NCBI GenBank assembly: GCA_965203415.1
Contig: CBDBCS010000006.1
Location: forward strand, 994,394-1,058,393
DNA: 64,000 nucleotides
Origin: Alphaproteobacteria bacterium
GTDB lineage: Bacteria; Pseudomonadota; Alphaproteobacteria; CBDBCS01
Direction of reading: 5' to 3'
Shown here: one piece after another, positions 39,270-48,903 of the stretch
Numbering within the stretch: position 1 is the stretch's first letter
Layout of the letters: each line of letters begins with the position of its first letter
Position numbers and translations under genes: made by a program
The notes under the pieces: model-generated
The model's database searches: none
Told to the model about the DNA's origin: nothing
What the model saw: only the letters and a program-made list of their open reading frames with translations

Positions 39270-39833
39270 TCAATTGCGGTGGGAATGGGCCAGCGTATCG
39301 ATTTCCTCATCCGAGAGGTGTCCCGGAATCAGCACGACGGGCCGGCGGATGCGCGTGAGATGCTTCTGTGTCAAGGCTCGAATCACAGGGCCCGGATCAT
39401 GAGGGTCGGTCCGAATCGCCAAAGTGAGCCATGCGATATCCTCTTCTTCCTCCATGAGCCCCAAGAGCTCGGTGATGGGGTCGCCCTGGCGCATATAGAT
39501 GAGGGGATGGTCCTCCGTCCCCGTGAGATTCAGGACTTCCTCGGCGAGTTCTCTCAGCAATTGTTCGGCCTCTTCGCGGCCTTCCTGCTCGGACAGCGCG
39601 GCGACGCTGGACCAATGGACAAAATCGACAGATTGCACGACGTACAGGAGTCCAATTCGATGCTGGATATGTTTGGCACGCTGACAGACATAGCGCAGAG
39701 CTCGGGCCATCTCTTCGGACCCGTCGACGTAAAGCAAGAGAACCGGCCGCTTTTCCGCGCGTTCCGGCAGGAGCGCCCGGGCTCTCAGGCGTTTCAGATT
39801 CTCCGATATGTATTGGTCGTCTAGTTTTCCCAT
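39270..39833 (-). CDS. Universal stress protein family
   Basis: VLLLYVDGSEEMARALRYV...LLYVVQ...GDPITELLGLMEEE.DIAWLTL...RPVVLIPG, a Usp-like alpha/beta fold pattern. Start taken at ATG 39833 (MGKLDDQ). Confidence 0.7.
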   Translation of the reverse strand: MGKLDDQYISENLKRLRARALLPERAEKRPVLLLYVDGSEEMARALRYVCQRAKHIQHRIGLLYVVQSVDFVHWSSVAALSEQEGREEAEQLLRELAEEVLNLTGTEDHPLIYMRQGDPITELLGLMEEEEDIAWLTLAIRTDPHDPGPVIRALTQKHLTRIRRPVVLIPGHLSDEEIDTLAHSHRN

Positions 39834-40005
39834 CAGAATGCCGGCAGGTCCAGATAATCGGGAGGATGCCCGAGGATGCCCAGGAGGATGCCCCGGTACC
39901 GCGAGTATCGCAAAAAAAGCACCATTTCGCAAATGAAAGCTTTTCCGGCTCCCCCGCGTATGTTCTGGGTATTCCCGAGTCTGAGGCCGCCGTCGGGCCT
40001 CCCGC

Positions 40006-40821
40006 TCACGGCCAGGTAAAAGTTACACGCACCGGGGTGTGGTCCGAGGGATTGGGCGCGTCTCGCCACTTGGTTTCAGGGCCACAGGTCTGAAGCCGGT
40101 CCGAGAACCGAGCCGAAAGGAGAAAATGATCGATACGCAAGCCTTCGTCGCGTTGCCAAGCCCCGCCTCGGAAGTCCCAATACGTCCACGCGGTCTGGTC
40201 GGGGGCCACCAGCCGATACGCATCGGCCAGCCCCATCCAGGTCAGAGCTCGCCACCGTGCCCGGCTTTGCGGTAAGAGCAAAGCATCCTCGCGCAGAGCT
40301 TCCGGGGCGTAACAGTCGCGGTCCTCGGGGCATATATTAAAATCGCCTCCGACCAGAACATTCGCCCCCCGAGCCAGATGCGGCCGGAGATACGCGTAAA
40401 GAGCCTCCAGCCACCTCAATTTATAGTCCAATTTCGCGCCCGGGGCCGGATTTCCGTTTGGGACATACACGCATATCACATGCCACTGGGTGTCTTGGTG
40501 TGTCAGCGTCACGTCCAGGAACCGCGCTTGAGCGTCGTCGTCCAGCCCGACGGAGGTGGTGATGGTATCCTCGGCGATGGCGATTGTTTTTTCGGCCAGC
40601 CCGGCCCGATGGGCCAGGAGCGCGACGCCATTATAGGCTTTCTGTCCATGCACAACCGAGCGATAGCCCAATTGTTCCAGCTCTGAGGCTGGGAACGCTT
40701 CCGTCGGACATTTAATCTCTTGGAGCAAAGCTACATCCGGCCGCGTGGCCGTGAGCCAATCGGTCAACAGCTTCAGACGAGCCCGGACGCCATTGATATT
40801 AAAACTGGCGACCCGCAGCAT
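40006..40821 (-). CDS. xthA: Exodeoxyribonuclease III
   Basis: MLRVASFNINGVRARL...PDVALLQEIK...GYRSVVHGQKAYNGVALL...GGDFNICPEDRD...WTYWDFRGGAWQRDEGLRIDHFLLS...SDHTPV, canonical ExoIII/AP endonuclease motifs. Confidence 0.94.
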   Translation of the reverse strand: MLRVASFNINGVRARLKLLTDWLTATRPDVALLQEIKCPTEAFPASELEQLGYRSVVHGQKAYNGVALLAHRAGLAEKTIAIAEDTITTSVGLDDDAQARFLDVTLTHQDTQWHVICVYVPNGNPAPGAKLDYKLRWLEALYAYLRPHLARGANVLVGGDFNICPEDRDCYAPEALREDALLLPQSRARWRALTWMGLADAYRLVAPDQTAWTYWDFRGGAWQRDEGLRIDHFLLSARFSDRLQTCGPETKWRDAPNPSDHTPVRVTFTWP

Positions 40822-41238
40822 CTATGTTTTGTGGAAGGAGACGCCGCACGAGCACGCTTGATGTGCTTGTCTGGGCTTCAAAACGAAGCTCTGTCCGGAC
40901 AAATTCTGTTCAAAATCGATGAGGCCCTCGCCCAAGACGGCCAGCGAAGCCGGGTCGGTCAACAAAAGCCCGCCGGCGAAGGCGAGATCTGTGGCTTTTG
41001 GCTCTTTTTCCAGCGAAAAAAGAGCCTGAAACCCAGAGCACCCGCCAGCCAGAATCCGAAGACGCAACCGCTGTCCGACCGCATGGGTCTTGAGACGCTC
41101 GGCGGCGCGCTCGGACAAGGCGAGTCGCCCTGCCTCCGGCGGCGAGCCCGCCGCCGGGTTAGACCCGGCCTCGGCTTCGGCGGCGGGCTCTGCAAAGGCA
41201 TCTATGAAACTATCGACACTATCCACAATAATCTCCAT
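40822..41238 (-). CDS. HesB/IscA-family iron-sulfur cluster insertion protein (ErpA-like)
   Basis: LRLRILAGGCSGFQALFSLE...C-terminal ACSCGVSF, the A-type carrier Cys-X(n)-Cys-X-Cys signature. Start at ATG 41238 (MEIIVD). Confidence 0.85.
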   Translation of the reverse strand: MEIIVDSVDSFIDAFAEPAAEAEAGSNPAAGSPPEAGRLALSERAAERLKTHAVGQRLRLRILAGGCSGFQALFSLEKEPKATDLAFAGGLLLTDPASLAVLGEGLIDFEQNLSGQSFVLKPRQAHQACSCGVSFHKT

Positions 41239-41474
41239 TCGCCTCGAATCCGTGAAAAAAACGCTCGCGGGCAAGCCTTTATCGAGCCTTTATGTTTGGG
41301 GGTGGGCTCTGTTGAAGGGCACGCCCCCGTCCCCGCGGATTCTAGCAGTTCCTTGACAGAGGCGCAAGGCACAGGCACCCTCAAGTCGCGGGAGGCCAGC
41401 GGCAGGTGAGGCCCGTAGGGCTAGCACCTTGCCTGTGAATGTGCTAGCCTGTCGGTATATCGAGGTCAGCAGAA

Positions 41475-41906
41475 ATGAAAGCTCCCGAATTCGTAAAAAA
41501 ATATATTTTTGAGACCATCGTTACCCTGGTTGCGGTTGTTGTCATCGGCATCCTTGGTTTTTATTTCGTGTTGTTGCTGAAGATTCAGTCGGGCGTGTCG
41601 GAGCAGTTGCTGGAGGTTCAGTCGGGCGTGTCGGAGCAGTTGCTGGGGCTTCAGTCGGGCGTGTCGGAGCAGTTGCTGGGGCTTCAGTCGAGTGTGTCGG
41701 AGCAAGCGGCGACGCTCGATTCGCATTTGCAAACGCCGCATTTGACGCGCGAGGACTTGCACAATGAGTTTGCAAAATTTGAGGACCGGATAGAGGGTCG
41801 TTTTGCAAGATTTGAAGACCGGGTAGATTCTCGACTCGAGCGGGTCGAGTCCCGGCTCGAGCGGGTCGAGTTCCGGCTTGATAGGATCTTAGAAAATCAA
41901 GAATAA
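41475..41906 (+). CDS. Hypothetical small membrane-anchored protein with tandem 10-aa repeats and a coiled-coil C-terminus
   Basis: 143 aa. One N-terminal TM helix (IVTLVAVVVIGILGFYFVLLL), then 4 x QSGVSEQLLG encoded by 30-bp DNA repeats (41584-41700), then periodic FAKFEDRIEGRFARFEDRVDSRLERVESRLERVEFRLDRI. No recognised family. Confidence 0.5.
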   Translation: MKAPEFVKKYIFETIVTLVAVVVIGILGFYFVLLLKIQSGVSEQLLEVQSGVSEQLLGLQSGVSEQLLGLQSSVSEQAATLDSHLQTPHLTREDLHNEFAKFEDRIEGRFARFEDRVDSRLERVESRLERVEFRLDRILENQE

Positions 41907-41925
41907 GCTGGGCTCATCCTCGGGC

Positions 41926-42774
41926 TCATCCGGCGAGCCCTCCTCGTTCCATCATAAGCCTGGCCCACATTTGATAGTGCCGAGGCGTAAGTTGGTGAGC
42001 CCGCATCGTTGGGACGACGCCGAGGCGGTCGCACATGGTCTCATCCAGCCACCCCGCCATTTTGTGGCGGAGCATCTTTCTGGGTTGTTGAAAAGCCGCA
42101 TGAACCAACGCCTGGAGCACCTCGTCCGGCGCGTTTTCGGACTCCGCCAAAGCCGCCAGGCGGGGCTCTAAAACCAGGAGTGCCGATTCGATCGAGGGCG
42201 GCGGCACAAAACAAGCAGGCGGCAGCCTCTTCACAAGAGCCACCGACGCCCAGCTCTGGCACAACACCGAGAGGGCTCCATAGTCCGCTGTTTCCGGTTC
42301 GGCTATGATTTTACGCGCGACCTCCCAGGAAAACATGAGGACCATTTTCCGAATCCATTTTCTGTTCAAAAACCAGCCCTTCAAAAGATGGGTCGCGACC
42401 CCGTAAGGGAGATTGCCGATGAGCTGGACCGGACGGGATAGGGCCTCGAAATTCAAAAAGCGGGCGTCGCCGACGACCCAATCCAGCCGCGAGGGAAAAT
42501 GTCTTTGGAGGTCTCGGCCCAGGGCTCTCAGCCGCTTGTCCAGTTCAATCGCGACGAGCCGCCCTTCGTTTTGAGACAAAAAAGCACGGGTCAAGCCGCC
42601 CAAGCCTGGCCCGATTTCGATGGTGATTTCGGACGCCTCGGTTCGGGCGAAGCTCGCAATCGAGGCCAGCAGATTGGGGTCCAGAATAAAATGCTGCCCC
42701 AGTTTTTTGTGAGGAACGAGGAACCCCGTTTTTTTGTCAAGATAGCTGGCTAGAGGAGGTAGCGGGTCTCGCAT
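41926..42774 (-). CDS. rsmA: 16S rRNA (adenine1518/1519-N6)-dimethyltransferase
   Basis: KKLGQHFILDPNLL...IEIGPGLGGLT...GNLPYGVATHLL, canonical KsgA motifs. Start at ATG 42774 (MRDPLPPL). It lies downstream of pdxA, as in the conserved cluster. Confidence 0.9.
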   Translation of the reverse strand: MRDPLPPLASYLDKKTGFLVPHKKLGQHFILDPNLLASIASFARTEASEITIEIGPGLGGLTRAFLSQNEGRLVAIELDKRLRALGRDLQRHFPSRLDWVVGDARFLNFEALSRPVQLIGNLPYGVATHLLKGWFLNRKWIRKMVLMFSWEVARKIIAEPETADYGALSVLCQSWASVALVKRLPPACFVPPPSIESALLVLEPRLAALAESENAPDEVLQALVHAAFQQPRKMLRHKMAGWLDETMCDRLGVVPTMRAHQLTPRHYQMWARLMMERGGLAG

Positions 42775-43762
42775 CCTTGTTCCTGAAGGCCAAAGTTCGG
42801 GCCATATGAAGGGCGGCTCGCATGGGTCGCCAGCTTGCGACGCCCTGTCCTGCCAGCTCGAAGGCGGTGCCGTGGCCTGGCGACGTGCGCACAATGGGCA
42901 GCCCCAGCGTGATATTCACGGTGTCGTAAAAAGCCAGAAGTTTCACAGGAATCAGAGCTTGATCGTGTGTCGGGCACAAAAAAACGTCGAATCGTTTCCG
43001 ATTCGGCGGAATAAAAGCCGTATCGGCCGCCATCGGCCCCTCGATATCGAGCCCCTGGTCTCGGAGGCGGCTCAAGGCGGGCTGCATCACCGTGTGTTCC
43101 TCGTGCCCCAGCGTTCCGTTTTCGCCCGCATGCGGATTGAGTCCCAAAAGCACCAGACGCGGATTCGGCACGCCAAAACGCTGTCGCAACGCCGCCGCCG
43201 TGAGGTGGGCGACGTGCTCGATTCGTTCGGGCGTGAGATGCCGCCCGACAGCCAAAAGCGGAATATGTTCCGTAATCGGAACGGTGCGCAATCCAGGCGC
43301 GGCCAGCATCATGCACACGGTGGCCCGCTGGCACATGTGGGCCAGAAAAGCGGTGTGCCCCGAAAAAGGAGCCTCGGGCGTATGCAGTGTTTCTTTATGG
43401 ACGGGCGCGGTCACCATCCCGTCCGCCTCGCCCTTCAGACAGAGCTCACAAGCCAATCGAATCGACTCTAGAATCGCCGCCGCCCAGACCCTCGAGGGGC
43501 GTCCCGGTGTTGGGACCGGTGTTGGGACGGCTTGGCAGGGCAGGGCTAAAAAATCCAGGCACTCGGGGTCTCCCCGAGCTTGGTCGAGGGTCTGGATGCG
43601 GCGTATTTTGCGAAGAGCCCGCGGATAGGGCTCGAAGCTCGTTTCCGGGCCAATCGCGACGATAGCGGGCATTTGGTCTCGCAGCCTCAACCAGCTTTGG
43701 TAGGTGACCTCGGGGCCGACGCCATTGGGGTCGCCCAGGGTGACGAGAATTCTCGGTTTCAC
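42737..43762 (-). CDS. pdxA: 4-hydroxythreonine-4-phosphate dehydrogenase
   Basis: ILVTLGDPNGVGPEV...MVTAPVHK...FSGHTAFLA...LGLNPHAGENG.LG.EE...CPTHDQALIPVK...VNITLGLPIVRTSPGHGTAFELAG, canonical PdxA. Confidence 0.93.
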   Translation of the reverse strand: MKPRILVTLGDPNGVGPEVTYQSWLRLRDQMPAIVAIGPETSFEPYPRALRKIRRIQTLDQARGDPECLDFLALPCQAVPTPVPTPGRPSRVWAAAILESIRLACELCLKGEADGMVTAPVHKETLHTPEAPFSGHTAFLAHMCQRATVCMMLAAPGLRTVPITEHIPLLAVGRHLTPERIEHVAHLTAAALRQRFGVPNPRLVLLGLNPHAGENGTLGHEEHTVMQPALSRLRDQGLDIEGPMAADTAFIPPNRKRFDVFLCPTHDQALIPVKLLAFYDTVNITLGLPIVRTSPGHGTAFELAGQGVASWRPMRAALHMARTLAFRNKDARPATSSSQLS

Positions 43763-45186
43763 AAATCGGTCTGCGAGTCGGAAAGCGAAGGCGGCGGCTC
43801 CAGGCGCTCGATCAGGGCTTTTTGTCGAAGTTCGGCGAGATATTGTCTAGAAAAATTACCCAGGCGCGCGCTGCGTAATTGTTGAGTCAGGTGCTCGCGA
43901 CGGGGAGCCAGGCTCTCCGGCTGCTGAACCGCACAGAGCGTCAGAAAGCTTTCTCCGTCGGTCTGCGGAAACGGCCCAAGCGTTGTCCCCGGTTGTGCTT
44001 GTATGATTTTGTCTCGGATGTCGTTGTTCAGCTTATCTAGAGCCACTTCTTTCAGGAGATTGAGGCGATCCGGCCCATAGAGCTCTCGGATTTGTGTCTG
44101 CGTTTCTTGGAAATCGGGGGCCGACTGGCACTCGAGCGGCGCGAATTCTCGGGGCCTGGCCGGAATCTCAGCCGGGGCTCGGAGGAATAAAGACTGAATC
44201 AAAGTCACCCGCGGGGCTTGTGCGGGCTGATAATTTTCCACATATAAAATGGCATAAAAATTGGGGCCTCGGACGGGTGTCGCGATGAGACCGGCGCGCC
44301 GATGGGCGACCAGAGCCTCTCGATAGGGGTGCGAGAGCAAATCCTTATGCAGCCACCCCACCAGGCCCTGTTGGCTTTCCGCCGTCCCGCCCTGCGAGAA
44401 AATCGTCGCAAAATTTCGGAATTTCTCCGCCGAGTCGATCTCTCGAATCAGTTTCAAGGCGCGTTCATAGGCGGCTTCGGCCTCGGACGGGGTGTGATAG
44501 CCGAGGAGAATCTCAGACAAGAGCCATTGTTCCTCGGCGGCGTTTTTCTGGCGTTGTTGGATAGCTGTCTCGATTTCGTTTTCCGTGATATGGACGCGTG
44601 TCCCGAATCGACTCTGAATGAGGGTATTCCATCCGATTTCGATTCGGATTTTTTCCCGGAAGTTATCAAAGTCCGCGCCATAGGCTTCGAACGCCTGTTT
44701 CAAGCCGCCGGGCGGCAGTTGATTGCGTTGTTCCAGGCGGGCGACCTGCGTGTCGATATCGGCATCGGTCACCTCGATAGCCGCCGTCTGTTCGACGGCG
44801 TTTTTTTTAACGGCGAGCTCGATAGCGATGTCGCGGGCTTCTCGGGCGAAGGCCTCTGTATTCTGAGACGTCAGCGGAAGACCCGCCTGAAACAAGAGCC
44901 CTTGGGTTATCTTTTGCACCTCTATATTGGTGATGGCGTAATCATTGACGTGAGCCACAATCTCGACCGACAGGGGTTCAACCGGCGGGGGCTCGACGGC
45001 CTCAGGCGAGGCCGAGGCCGAGACGGCCGCCGGTCTTTGGCCGTCTGTTGTCTGCCCCCAGGCGCGTTGATCGAGACTCGAGAGCATAAAACCGAAGCCG
45101 GCAAACATCCCGGCAAACACCCCGGCCCAGACCCGCTTCCGGCAGAGCCCCGACCCGCTTGTTTGTTTTCCTGTTTTGTCTGCCAT
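43759..45186 (-). CDS. surA: Periplasmic chaperone / peptidyl-prolyl isomerase SurA family
   Basis: Signal/TM segment, SurA N-terminal-like region (IVAHVNDYAITNIEVQ...) and a parvulin-like segment. It sits between lptD and pdxA, as in the conserved lptD-surA-pdxA-rsmA cluster. Confidence 0.82.
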   Translation of the reverse strand: MADKTGKQTSGSGLCRKRVWAGVFAGMFAGFGFMLSSLDQRAWGQTTDGQRPAAVSASASPEAVEPPPVEPLSVEIVAHVNDYAITNIEVQKITQGLLFQAGLPLTSQNTEAFAREARDIAIELAVKKNAVEQTAAIEVTDADIDTQVARLEQRNQLPPGGLKQAFEAYGADFDNFREKIRIEIGWNTLIQSRFGTRVHITENEIETAIQQRQKNAAEEQWLLSEILLGYHTPSEAEAAYERALKLIREIDSAEKFRNFATIFSQGGTAESQQGLVGWLHKDLLSHPYREALVAHRRAGLIATPVRGPNFYAILYVENYQPAQAPRVTLIQSLFLRAPAEIPARPREFAPLECQSAPDFQETQTQIRELYGPDRLNLLKEVALDKLNNDIRDKIIQAQPGTTLGPFPQTDGESFLTLCAVQQPESLAPRREHLTQQLRSARLGNFSRQYLAELRQKALIERLEPPPSLSDSQTDL

Positions 45187-45193
45187 AAGAGCT

Positions 45194-47509
45194 CTAGATA
45201 TTGGTTTTAACTTCCATCCGAAGACTGAAGAGATTTTCGCGGGCGCCTTCCTCTATTCTATTCGCCTCGAAACTTCCTTTCAAGATGAGGCATGCGTCTT
45301 CATATCTCAGAAACAGCGTTGTTTCGTCGAACGGCTTAAAATCCCGAGCCAGATTCGCCGCACTCGCGAGGGTAATGTGCCAGTTTCTCGCAATCTTTTG
45401 CGCATAGGTCGTCTGGATCTTCTGATAGCGCGTGTCCGTGTCGGGAAAGAGTCTGTCCGCTCGATAGTCGTAATAATAGACGCTCAACCGCGCCTGACGC
45501 TCGGCGTGGAGCGTCACGGACCCCTCGGCGGTCATACGCCCCAGAGCCGTTTCGTCTGGCAGGCTCTCCAGAATGAGACCCGTGGAGAACCGCCTCGTTT
45601 CGTACCCGCCGAACCCGTGGTGTGTGCGCTGCGATTCTGTCGACGGGGGCTCGTTTTCCATTTCTTCCATTTCCTCCATTTGTTCCGCCACTTCGGCCTC
45701 GCGAGCCACAGAGACGCCGCCCATCAGTTTTAGCACAGACCCGTCGGATTGAGACCACCGGCTTTCCAAGCTTGTTTGCCAGCGCGTCCCGGGCTCGAGC
45801 CTATCGGTCCCGGCGTAGCGTCTCGACTGATGCAGTGTAACGGGACTTCTCAGGAGAGGCGTGGCATTTTCGTCGATAAAGTGCTGATTTTTGACATCCT
45901 CAGGTGCTCCATAGAACGAAAACGAAGGCGTGAGCTGCTGGATAGAATCGCCCTTCGCCCGCCAGAATTGCCAAGACACCAGAGAAAACCCATAAGGTAC
46001 CAAGCGTGTTTCCTCGGTTTGGTCGCTTGCGTGTGTTATGGGCGTTTCTTCGTGGTTTTTCTGGTATTGCGCGGTGAACCCGAGCTCGTTTTGGATTTGC
46101 ATCGCCCCGCGCTGGAGGGGACGGAACTTGAGCTGCACGCTCTGAGACCCCCGCTCTTGGTCCGAGGTGCGGGAGGTACGGGGGGCTTTCGGGTCTCGAT
46201 AGGCGGTGAAGCGTTCCAGGCTCCCTCGGCTGCGCAGCAGATGCGGCCCCAGCGGATAGCGATGGTCGTGCTGGAATTGGGGGTGTTGCACGATTTCCGT
46301 TCGGTTCACCGAACCCGTTCCCTGAGGAAAGTCCTCTTCATAGGCCAGGGCCATCCATTGGGTGGGCGAAAATTTCTCTAAGCGGGCGCGGTTATAGAGA
46401 TGCGTCGTGCTCGGATTGGTCGCCAATTGATTCGAGCTGGCGGGAAACCCGTAATCTGGCAAGTATTGCTTAGAGCTCGTGCCCGTGAGGTCGCCCTGCG
46501 TCCGCCAGCCGTCGGGCAAGTCGTAGTGATACACAAGCCGCCCGTGGTGTCCCAAGACATCCCCGGAAGATGTTTCGGATGTTTCGGCGGCTTCGGGGCT
46601 GTCCCCCTCCCCGGGTTCCAGCACGGCCGAGCCGGTGATTTCGGCCTCGCCATAGGCCGAGACCTTGCGATAGCGGCCTGTCAGAGCCGGAATTTGCTGA
46701 ACATTCAGCACACTCGCCACCGAGATATCCTGCGAAGGCCCCAGCGGTAAAAAAAACCATGGGCTGGCATACAGCCCCAAGTCATTCTCGTTGCCGATAA
46801 TCGGAAAGACGAACCCCGGGCGGCGCAGCCCCGTTCTGTGAATCGGCTGATAATAAATCGGCAAATAGCCCGCGGGCATGCCCAAGACGTACCAGCGGGC
46901 GTGATAGAGCGTCAGGTCGCTCGTTTGGATGTCTAGCACGCCTCGTTCTGTCACGAGAGCCCAGGTCGGGCCGATTCGATTCGACGTGCCGTCCTCGTCG
47001 GCGTCCCCGTCCTCGCCGTCGGTGTCTTTTGTGCCCAGGCAGATCTGGCAGGTGGAAAAAGAGGCTTTTTCCAGCTCCAGAATTGTCCGCTCCCCGGGGC
47101 GGTGGCGGAGCGAACGCGCTGTTACGCGGGCGGCTCCCTCGTTCCGGAGGGCCACGTTTTTCGAATCGAGGATATGAAACCGATTATCAATGGTAATCGA
47201 GTCCGCAAAAAAATACAGCCCAGGCGGCGGCCTATGCGTCGAGGGCTTGCCGCTTTTAGACAGGAACAGCGTGACCGCGCCTTGGGCCGAGGCCTCCCCG
47301 GTCTCGTGGTTATACTGGGCTTTTTCGGCTTTCAGCCAGTGTTGGTCGGGCGAGGTGATGGTCACATTGCCCTCGGCGGTGATGGTTTTCGCCACCGGGT
47401 CATAGACCAAATGCTCGGCCGAGAACAACAGCGGTTTTGTATCGGCCGCCGCTGCGGGGTCTGGTGGATAGGCGAAAATGCCGCCTCCCAGGGCGATGAA
47501 GACGAGCAA
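45194..47509 (-). CDS. lptD: LPS-assembly outer membrane protein LptD
   Basis: 771 aa with a signal peptide, an OstA-like N-terminal domain (FSAEHLVYDPVAKTITAEGNVTITSPDQ.LKAEKAQYN) and a long beta-barrel C-terminal region. Its position upstream of surA supports the call. Confidence 0.88.
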   Translation of the reverse strand: MLVFIALGGGIFAYPPDPAAAADTKPLLFSAEHLVYDPVAKTITAEGNVTITSPDQHWLKAEKAQYNHETGEASAQGAVTLFLSKSGKPSTHRPPPGLYFFADSITIDNRFHILDSKNVALRNEGAARVTARSLRHRPGERTILELEKASFSTCQICLGTKDTDGEDGDADEDGTSNRIGPTWALVTERGVLDIQTSDLTLYHARWYVLGMPAGYLPIYYQPIHRTGLRRPGFVFPIIGNENDLGLYASPWFFLPLGPSQDISVASVLNVQQIPALTGRYRKVSAYGEAEITGSAVLEPGEGDSPEAAETSETSSGDVLGHHGRLVYHYDLPDGWRTQGDLTGTSSKQYLPDYGFPASSNQLATNPSTTHLYNRARLEKFSPTQWMALAYEEDFPQGTGSVNRTEIVQHPQFQHDHRYPLGPHLLRSRGSLERFTAYRDPKAPRTSRTSDQERGSQSVQLKFRPLQRGAMQIQNELGFTAQYQKNHEETPITHASDQTEETRLVPYGFSLVSWQFWRAKGDSIQQLTPSFSFYGAPEDVKNQHFIDENATPLLRSPVTLHQSRRYAGTDRLEPGTRWQTSLESRWSQSDGSVLKLMGGVSVAREAEVAEQMEEMEEMENEPPSTESQRTHHGFGGYETRRFSTGLILESLPDETALGRMTAEGSVTLHAERQARLSVYYYDYRADRLFPDTDTRYQKIQTTYAQKIARNWHITLASAANLARDFKPFDETTLFLRYEDACLILKGSFEANRIEEGARENLFSLRMEVKTNI

Positions 47510-47845
47510 GCCTCTAGCGAGAAACAGAAAGAGACCCTCTCTGCGAGCGTTGTTCGGGATCCTCCGTCGTTCTGTCAGCCGGCTCTGTCAGACTGCGTCG
47601 AGCTGTGTCAGAAAAAGAACGTCCCCGGCCGCCTAGGGAGACCCTATGATGCGAACCGGGGACAAAGAGTAGGAGGTAAACGAGGCAATCCTAACCCGGG
47701 ACAGCGTGTTTGACAAGCCCCCCGGCTGGTCTTTTCGGGTTTTATTGCCTCTTTTTTTAGGGGCTTTTTTGGGCGTCCTGCCGGGCACGAGGCCGAGGCT
47801 CAAAAAGCCCCGGCCCCGGCCTCTAGGTTCTGAAGCGGCTGCCGC

Positions 47846-48844
47846 CTATCGGAGGAGCGTCAAGATGGCCTCTTGCTGCTGCGAAGCGATGGAGAGCGTC
47901 TCAATAGAGATCTGATTGCGCGTCCGAAGAGCCGTGAGATTCGCGCTCTCGGCACTCAAATCGGCGAGCTGGATTTTGTCCGCCCCCGTCTGCAGCGTGT
48001 TGCTATAGGTTCTGGAGAATTCCAAGCGGGTCTGGAGAATCCCGACTCGAGACCCGAACTGGGCGGCGATCTGTTCCAGACGTCCTTGAGCGAACTCCAG
48101 CGATTCCACAAGGCCATCTGAGACGGCCAAGCCAGACTGATTTTCACCCAGCAACGTAAATCCGTTAAAAGTGGCCATCGCAGCAGCAAAGGTGACCATA
48201 GCTCCCCCCGCCGCTGCAAGAGCACTAGCAGAACCAAACCCACTCAGCCCCACATTACCGCCCCCCAGAAGAATAGCAAAGGTAAGGACCATCCCTGCCC
48301 CGTCGGTAAAGAAGTTAAAAATACCGGGAACGGCGGAAGTAGCAGTGGCGTACGCCCGGACATTCAGCCCCTGGAGCGTCAATTCGCTGACCGACTCATC
48401 CGAGAACCGCACATCCAGTCGCGTATTCGCGTTATTGAGGAGGTTCAAGCCCTGATACTCTATGTCGTCGATGAGGAGGTCGATTTGGCTCAGGATTTCT
48501 TCGAAGTTCAGGGTCGCTTGAGCTCGCTCGGTCTGGGTCTGCGACCGGGCTCCTCGGACCACGCCGACGAGTTGGTCGAACAGCTCATCGATCGATTCGA
48601 TGCCCTCGAGGGACGCTTGGGCCGTGGAGATGGCTTGGTCGATCTCACGCCGGCGTTCGTCGAAGAGCCCCGATCGCCGGACCAGATTATTCGCCTGAAA
48701 GAAGCGAATCGGATCATCGGTGACGTCGTTGATGTCGCGCCCTGTGGACAGCCGCCGCTGGGTGCGGGTGAAGAAGGTGTCGATCTCCTGCAGGGTCAGG
48801 AGCGAATTACGTTGCGAAAACGTGAGGGAAATATCACTAGACAT
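47846..48844 (-). CDS. Flagellin (short alphaproteobacterial type), copy 1
   Basis: N-terminal D0/D1-like helix (SLLTLQEIDTFFTRTQRRLSTGRDINDVTDDP...). The C-terminus LADLSAESANLTALRTRNQISIETLSIASQQQEAILTLLR closely parallels flagellin C-termini (e.g. ...[30 protein letters not shown]....IL.L.R). Confidence 0.87.
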   Translation of the reverse strand: MSSDISLTFSQRNSLLTLQEIDTFFTRTQRRLSTGRDINDVTDDPIRFFQANNLVRRSGLFDERRREIDQAISTAQASLEGIESIDELFDQLVGVVRGARSQTQTERAQATLNFEEILSQIDLLIDDIEYQGLNLLNNANTRLDVRFSDESVSELTLQGLNVRAYATATSAVPGIFNFFTDGAGMVLTFAILLGGGNVGLSGFGSASALAAAGGAMVTFAAAMATFNGFTLLGENQSGLAVSDGLVESLEFAQGRLEQIAAQFGSRVGILQTRLEFSRTYSNTLQTGADKIQLADLSAESANLTALRTRNQISIETLSIASQQQEAILTLLR

Positions 48845-48903
48845 AAAAAATCAAAGCCTCTCTTGAAATGAAAAAGATACCGTCCGGTCAAAAAGGCGAC
48901 CTC

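Noticed and set aside
47785-47830. 11-bp stem hairpin (GAGGCCGGGGC...GCCTCGGCCTC on the minus strand) downstream of flagellin copy 1 as an intrinsic terminator
   Set aside because: The 13-nt loop is large and no U-tract follows the stem, so it is not convincing as a rho-independent terminator.
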